From assembly GCA_031372065.1 (NCBI GenBank), contig JANMKN010000034.1:1-11875 (forward strand): 11,875 bases of DNA, read 5' to 3'. Position 1 is the first letter of the stretch. Each line of letters starts with the position of its first letter. A program made the translations under genes and the position numbers. The notes below the pieces were generated by a model. That model was given only the letters and a program-made list of their open reading frames with translations. It ran no database searches and had not been told where the DNA came from. The stretch is from Abditibacteriaceae bacterium (GTDB taxonomy: Bacteria > Armatimonadota > Abditibacteriia > Abditibacteriales > Abditibacteriaceae). Of this stretch, positions 7,195 to 11,875 are shown piece by piece.

Positions 7195-8253
7195 ATGAGT
7201 CAATTAAAAGTTGCCGTCATCGGCACCGGACGCCGCAAAGAAAAGAAAGACGCGATGGGCTACGCAATGGCCTACGAACACGCCGACGCGTATCAAGCGT
7301 TGGAAAGTTGCAAAATCGTCGCTTGCGCCGACATCGTCGAGGAAAACGCCCAGAACTTCGCCGACAAATACGGCGGCGCGGTGTTTACCGATTACAAAAC
7401 GATGTTAGCCGAAGCCGCGCCCGATATGGTTTCGATTTGCACTTGGATGCATTTGCACGAGCCGATGGTTTTGGACGCGATTGGAGCGGGCGTCAAAGCC
7501 ATTCACTGCGAAAAGCCGATGGCCGATTCGTGGGGCGGCGCCAAGCGCATGGCTCAAGCGGCCAAAGACGCCGGTGTGCAACTGACTTTTAACCATCAAC
7601 GACGCTACGGCGCGCCTTATGTGATGGCGAAACAAATGCTTGAGGCCGGCGAGATCGGCGAGGTGATGCGCCACGAAGTCGAATGCGGCAATATCTACGA
7701 TTCGGGCACGCACTGGATAGATATGCTGTCGTTTTTCAACGGCGAAGTGCCCGCCAAATGGGTGCTGGGCCAAATTGATTATCGCAAGGAAAGTTTGGTT
7801 TTCGGCGCGCATTGCGAAAATCAGCAAGTGGTTCTCACCGAATACGAAAACGGCGTTCCGGCACTGATTATGACCGGCGTGGACAAGAAAATTGTCGGCG
7901 CGTTCAACAAAATCATCGGCACCAAGGGTTTAATGCTCATCGGCGTGCATGGCGGCGCGCCGCTGTGCATTCGTCGCAACGGCGAAACCGATTGGACGGA
8001 TATTGATACGAACGGCGAAAGCATTCACGGCCCCGGCTTCATCCAACGCGCCATTGCGGACGTGGTAAATTGCCTGCAAAGCGGCAAAAAGTGCCAGTTG
8101 GACGCGCAAAATGCTTTAATCGCCACCGAAATCATCTTCGGCGCCTATGAAAGCAGCCGTCGCCGGGGCCGCGTTGATTTTCCACTTGACATCGAAGACA
8201 ATCCGCTGCGCAGCATGGTTGAAAGCGGCGATTTGAAGCCCGAAAAAGAGTGA
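7195..8253 (+). CDS. Gfo/Idh/MocA family NAD(P)-dependent oxidoreductase
   Basis: KVAVIGTG Rossmann start, ACAD, D.VSICT...LH, CEKPMA, NHQRRY and D.GTHWID motifs; AGGAG RBS at 7183-7187. Confidence 0.92.
   Translation: MSQLKVAVIGTGRRKEKKDAMGYAMAYEHADAYQALESCKIVACADIVEENAQNFADKYGGAVFTDYKTMLAEAAPDMVSICTWMHLHEPMVLDAIGAGVKAIHCEKPMADSWGGAKRMAQAAKDAGVQLTFNHQRRYGAPYVMAKQMLEAGEIGEVMRHEVECGNIYDSGTHWIDMLSFFNGEVPAKWVLGQIDYRKESLVFGAHCENQQVVLTEYENGVPALIMTGVDKKIVGAFNKIIGTKGLMLIGVHGGAPLCIRRNGETDWTDIDTNGESIHGPGFIQRAIADVVNCLQSGKKCQLDAQNALIATEIIFGAYESSRRRGRVDFPLDIEDNPLRSMVESGDLKPEKE
8164..8247 (+). repeat. Direct repeat copy 1: 3' end of the oxidoreductase gene
   Basis: 77/84 nt identical to 9493-9576; encodes RGRVDFPLDIEDNPLRSMVESGDLKPEK. 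Confidence 0.95.
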
Positions 8254-8254
8254 T

Positions 8255-8338
8255 GTGTCGCTAAAATCTGTTTTTGGCGACACGTTTTGTTGATATGTCG
8301 CCGCCAACGACATAAAATCAAAACGTGTCGCTAAAAAC
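8255..8338. promoter_or_regulatory. Nested inverted-repeat (operator-like) region upstream of fic
   Basis: TGTCG 8256, CGACA 8278, TGTCG 8296, CGACA 8308, TGTCG 8326. 8270-8289 pairs with 8319-8338 (1 mismatch); TATGTCG-N7-CGACATA forms the inner core; GTGTCGCTAAAA occurs at 8255 and 8325. Confidence 0.65.
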
Positions 8339-8351
8339 GCAAAATGAAAAC

Positions 8352-9464
8352 ATGAGCGCTTTCCAATGGCAAGCGCAACGACCTTATAATTCGTTGCCGA
8401 GTTTGCCGCCAGCGCAAGACCTCGAAACCAAAGCAGTTTTGCGGGCTTGCATCACAGCGCGCGCTGCTTTGGGCGAGTTGAAACAAGCAGCGGAACTGAT
8501 TCCCAATCAGGCGATTTTGATCAACACCTTGCCTTTGTTGGAAGCGCAGGCCAGTTCGGAAATCGAAAACATCGTGACGACAACGGATCGTTTATTTCGC
8601 CATTTGGGACATCAGGAACAAAGCGACCCGGCGACCAAAGAAGCGTTGCGTTACAGCCAAGCGCTTTTGGAAGGCTTTCGCACTTTGCGCGACTTGCCGA
8701 TTCATACGGGGATAGCAGAAAGCGTTTGCAGCCGTATTCGGGGCGTTGATATGCGCGTGCGTCGTGTGCCCGGCACACGTTTAGAAAACGAGTCCAGTGG
8801 CGAGGTAATTTATACGCCACCCGAAGGCGAATCGCTTTTGAGAGATTTGCTGGCGAACTGGGAGAAATTTTTAAACGAAGCGCAATTAGACCCGCTGATT
8901 CGTATGGCGGCGGCGCATTATCAATTTGAGGCGATTCATCCCTTCACCGACGGCAATGGGCGCACAGGTCGGGTATTGAACAGCCTGTTTTTAATTCAAG
9001 AAAATCTGCTGACCTTGCCGATTCTTTACCTGAGCCGCTTTATCATTCGTCACAAAAATGATTATTACCGCTTGCTTTTGGGCGTGACTGCGGCGCAACA
9101 ATGGGAAGAGTGGGTGATTTTCTTGATTCACGGCGTAGAGGACACCGCGCGTTGGACAACAGATAAAATCGCTGCTATTCGCGCCTTAGCATCTCACACC
9201 ACAAATTATGTGCGTGATGCAGCACCGGGAATTTATAGTCATGAGTTGGTAAATTTGATTTTCGAGCGACCTTACTGCCGCATCAGCGATTTGGAAGCGG
9301 CGGGCATCGCCAAAAGGCAGGCTGCTTCACGCTACTTGAAAAAACTGGTCGAAATTGGCGTCGTGGAAGAAAAGCAGTTCGGCAAAGAGAAATTGTTTCT
9401 GCATCCCAAATTTCTTCGTTTGCTGACACGCAGCCACAACGATTTCAGCGACTATGTGGCCTAA
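8352..9464 (+). CDS. fic: Fic family protein adenylyltransferase, class II (SoFic-like) with probable C-terminal winged HTH
   Basis: Canonical [12 protein letters not shown] at 8937-8972; N-terminal inhibitory motif SSEIEN at 8553-8570; PYN.LP.LPP N-terminus; C-terminal [32 protein letters not shown]-like segment. ATG 8352 preferred over GTG 8325, which lies inside the palindrome. Confidence 0.93.
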   Translation: MSAFQWQAQRPYNSLPSLPPAQDLETKAVLRACITARAALGELKQAAELIPNQAILINTLPLLEAQASSEIENIVTTTDRLFRHLGHQEQSDPATKEALRYSQALLEGFRTLRDLPIHTGIAESVCSRIRGVDMRVRRVPGTRLENESSGEVIYTPPEGESLLRDLLANWEKFLNEAQLDPLIRMAAAHYQFEAIHPFTDGNGRTGRVLNSLFLIQENLLTLPILYLSRFIIRHKNDYYRLLLGVTAAQQWEEWVIFLIHGVEDTARWTTDKIAAIRALASHTTNYVRDAAPGIYSHELVNLIFERPYCRISDLEAAGIAKRQAASRYLKKLVEIGVVEEKQFGKEKLFLHPKFLRLLTRSHNDFSDYVA

Positions 9465-9492
9465 TTCGTTTTGCCTGCTTTGCCATCAGCTT

Positions 9493-9579
9493 CGGGGCCG
9501 CGTTGATTTGCCGCTCGACATCGAAGACAATCCGCTGCGCAGCATGGTTAAAAACGGCGATTTAAAGCCGGAAAAATAG
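9493..9579 (+). pseudogene. Direct repeat copy 2: orphan 3' fragment of the oxidoreductase gene
   Basis: In-frame RGRVDLPLDIEDNPLRSMVKNGDLKPEK-TAG lacking its 5' part; begins 28 nt after the fic stop codon. Confidence 0.9.
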
Positions 9580-9609
9580 GGATGTAGGGCTTTCTGGCGA
9601 TGCCGCTTG

Positions 9610-9618
9610 TGGTATGTT
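9610..9618 (+). promoter_or_regulatory. Possible extended -10 element for the transporter gene
   Basis: TG-G-TATGTT (TGn-TAnnnT) about 40 nt upstream of ATG 9660; no clear -35. Confidence 0.3.
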
Positions 9619-9659
9619 ATTTGAGATAAAGCGTGCGCAAATTTAGGCACGCCACTTCT

Positions 9660-11681
9660 ATGAATTCATCGAACGAATCAAAGCCGCCGGTCAAAGAATA
9701 TGGCATTGACTTGTCTTACTTGCAAAAACCGGCGCGCCCGCAAGGACCATTTTTGCGCTGGCTTTTAGAAGGCCACGCGCCGCAGGGTGAAAGCTCACAC
9801 CGAGCCGTCTCTGCGCATCCGGTCCATCATACACAGCCGTGGCACAAGGTTATGTGTCTGACCGGCGTGGATTATTTTTCGACGCTTGGCTATCAACCCG
9901 GCATTGCGGCTTTGGCAGCCGGTGCGCTTTCGCCGATTGCCACTTTTATCTTGGTTTTGCTGACGCTTTTCGGCGCGCTGCCGATGTATAAACGCGTTGC
10001 CGCAGAAAGTCCGCATGGCGAAGGCTCGATTGCCATGCTGGAGCGCTTGATGTCGCACTGGAACAGCAAATTGTTTGTTTTGTGCTTGCTTGGTTTCGTG
10101 GCAACCGATTTCATTATTACCATCACGCTTTCGGCAGCCGATGCGACGGCCCACATTGTTGAAAACCCGTTCACGCCCCATTTTATGCATGGTCATAACG
10201 TAGGCATCACGCTGTTTTTGGTCATTCTTCTCAGCGCGGTTTTTCTCAAGGGATTCAAGGAAGCGATGGGCATTGCCGTCTTTTTAGTTGTGATTTATTT
10301 GCTGCTGAATACTATTGTGTTGGGTGTCAGCGTGTATCACGTTTTAACTGAACCCCAACACATTCCCGATTGGAAAGAAGCACTATTCAAAAGTCACGGC
10401 AATCCCTTGGCGATGTTAGCGGCCTCGCTGCTGCTATTTCCCAAATTAGCGCTGGGAATGTCGGGGTTTGAAACGGGCGTTGTGGTAATGCCGCTGGTGC
10501 AAGGTGCCCCCGACGACACACCAGAAAAACCCACCGGACGCATTCGCAATACGCAAAAGCTGCTGACCGTCGCGGCTTTAATCATGAGCGTTTTCCTGAT
10601 GCTCAGTAGCTTTTGCACTACCGTTCTGATTCCCGCGCACGAGTTTCAAGCCGCCACAGAATCCGCGCCCGCCGGAGCCGCCAACGGGCGCGCTTTGGCT
10701 TATCTGGCGCACCGTTATTTGGGCGACGGGTTTGGCACAGCGTATGACGTTAGCACAGTGTTGATTTTATGGTTCGCGGGCGCATCGGCGATGGCGGGCC
10801 TTTTGAATGTGGTGCCGCGCTATTTGCCGCGCTATGGGATGGCGCCCGAATGGGCACGCGCCAACCGGCCTTTGGTGCTGATTTTCACGGCGATTGCGTT
10901 TTTTGTCACGATACATTTCAATGCCGACGTGGATAAACAGGGCGGCGCCTATGCGACGGGCGTTTTGGTGTTGATGACTTCGGCGGCCATCGCCGTGGCT
11001 TTGGCAGCGCGCACCCAGAAAAATAAGGGCGCAACGATCATGTTTTCGATCATTACGCTGGTTTTTCTTTATACCACTGTTGTCAACGTCATCGAACGGC
11101 CCGATGGTTTGATAATCGCCAGCTTTTTTATTAGCGTTATCGTTTTTGTGTCGTTTCTGTCGCGCTTCATGCGCACCACGGAATTGCGCGTTGACCGCAT
11201 TGTTTTAGATAAAACGGCGCAGATGTTCATTGATGAAGTCGCGCACCGCGAAGTGCGCATCATCGCTAATAAGCGTCAAGCCGGTGACCCGCGCGAATAT
11301 GCGCTCAAAGAAGACCGCCAGCGCGAAGACAGTCACATTCCCGCTGCCTTTCCGATCTTATTTTTAGAAGTCGAAGTAATGGATGCCTCGGAATTTTCCA
11401 GCATATTGCACATCGAAGGCGTGGATGTAGAAGGCTATCGCGTTTTGCGCGCACAAAGCGCTTCTGTGCCCAACGCCATCGCCGCGTTTTTGCTCTACCT
11501 GCGTGATACAACAGACAAGCGTTCGCACGCCTATTTTAACTGGAGCGAAGGCAATCCCGTCGTTTTCATGCTGCGCTATTTGCTTTTCGGCGAAGGCGAC
11601 ACCGCGCCCGTTACCCGCGAAGTTTTGCGCAAAGCCGAACCCGATGTCGCGCGTCGTCCGATGATTCATGTAGACGGATAA
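9660..11681 (+). CDS. APC-superfamily permease, KimA/KUP-like (possible K+/H+ symporter; family often labelled amino-acid transporter)
   Basis: Roughly 12 hydrophobic helices plus a soluble C-terminal domain; motifs [44 protein letters not shown] track start is GTG 9633; ATG 9660 chosen. Confidence 0.85.
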   Translation: MNSSNESKPPVKEYGIDLSYLQKPARPQGPFLRWLLEGHAPQGESSHRAVSAHPVHHTQPWHKVMCLTGVDYFSTLGYQPGIAALAAGALSPIATFILVLLTLFGALPMYKRVAAESPHGEGSIAMLERLMSHWNSKLFVLCLLGFVATDFIITITLSAADATAHIVENPFTPHFMHGHNVGITLFLVILLSAVFLKGFKEAMGIAVFLVVIYLLLNTIVLGVSVYHVLTEPQHIPDWKEALFKSHGNPLAMLAASLLLFPKLALGMSGFETGVVVMPLVQGAPDDTPEKPTGRIRNTQKLLTVAALIMSVFLMLSSFCTTVLIPAHEFQAATESAPAGAANGRALAYLAHRYLGDGFGTAYDVSTVLILWFAGASAMAGLLNVVPRYLPRYGMAPEWARANRPLVLIFTAIAFFVTIHFNADVDKQGGAYATGVLVLMTSAAIAVALAARTQKNKGATIMFSIITLVFLYTTVVNVIERPDGLIIASFFISVIVFVSFLSRFMRTTELRVDRIVLDKTAQMFIDEVAHREVRIIANKRQAGDPREYALKEDRQREDSHIPAAFPILFLEVEVMDASEFSSILHIEGVDVEGYRVLRAQSASVPNAIAAFLLYLRDTTDKRSHAYFNWSEGNPVVFMLRYLLFGEGDTAPVTREVLRKAEPDVARRPMIHVDG

Positions 11682-11699
11682 AAGCAGACACGGCGATTG

Positions 11700-11783
11700 A
11701 AAAATGCCTCCGACGCCGTCGGAAGCACTTTAGAAGAGGGAAAAAATGCCTCCGACACCGTCGGAAGCACTTTAGAAGAGGGG
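11700..11783. repeat. Two tandem 42-bp REP-like units, each with a hairpin
   Basis: AAAAATGCCTCCGAC(G/A)CCGTCGGAAGCACTTTAGAAGAGGG(A/G) at 11700 and 11742; stem TGC.TCCGAC / GTCGGA.GCA around a 3-nt loop. Confidence 0.85.
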
Positions 11784-11875
11784 AAAAGTCGTGGCGCGGC
11801 CGGCGGCAGGGGGTGGTGGGAGGAGTAAATTGGGGGGGGAGGGGGGCGGGCGCTGTGTGTAAATGAATTTTTTTG

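Larger units (their letters stand above)
8248..9576 (+). mobile_element. Putative integrase-less fic islet, bounded by duplication of the target gene 3' end
   Basis: Operator-like palindromes plus fic lie between direct repeats 1329 bp apart; no integrase or transposase in the window. Confidence 0.6.

Noticed and set aside
7020..7592. 190-aa alternative ORF spanning the prs/oxidoreductase junction
   Set aside because: Overlaps two well-supported genes; Arg-rich shadow-frame composition with no motifs.
8325..8351. GTG start for fic as given by the ORF track
   Set aside because: It lies inside the palindromic array; ATG 8352 gives an N-terminus closer to typical SoFic-like proteins.
8248..9492. 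Classical IS or integron cassette
   Set aside because: No transposase or integrase, no terminal inverted repeats at both ends, no short target duplication and no recognisable attC site.
11700..11783. Mini-CRISPR
   Set aside because: The sequence between the hairpins is the same in both units, so there is no variable spacer.
11790..11875. G-quadruplex-forming G-run tract
   Set aside because: Abrupt low-complexity G-rich then poly-T sequence at the very end of the window looks like a low-quality read or contig-end artefact.

Overview
Bacterial chromosomal window, apparently ending in low-quality or low-complexity sequence. The gene style (prepilin leader of the DUF1559 type) is reminiscent of Armatimonadota/Abditibacteriota/Planctomycetota, but this is inference only. 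Left to right: (1) a type IV prepilin-like/FecR fusion protein with a Pro/Thr tail, followed by a 17-bp perfect hairpin; (2) a CHASE2-TM-PAS-GGDEF-EAL c-di-GMP receptor enzyme; (3) an unrecognised 411-aa protein; (4) a non-coding array of 8 x 22-bp units with CATATG palindromes every 11 bp and inverted, self-complementary ends; (5) prs on the minus strand; (6) a divergent Gfo/Idh/MocA oxidoreductase; (7) a class II Fic gene preceded by five alternating TGTCG/CGACA half-sites; (8) an APC/KUP(KimA)-like transporter; (9) two tandem 42-bp REP-like hairpin repeats. The most striking structure is the fic unit. It sits between two diverged copies (77/84 nt identical, 1329 bp apart) of the oxidoreductase 3' end, so it looks like an integrase-less cassette that entered by replacing the gene's 3' end. 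The phased CATATG array and the pilin-FecR + CHASE2 pair are the other main candidates for undescribed biology.
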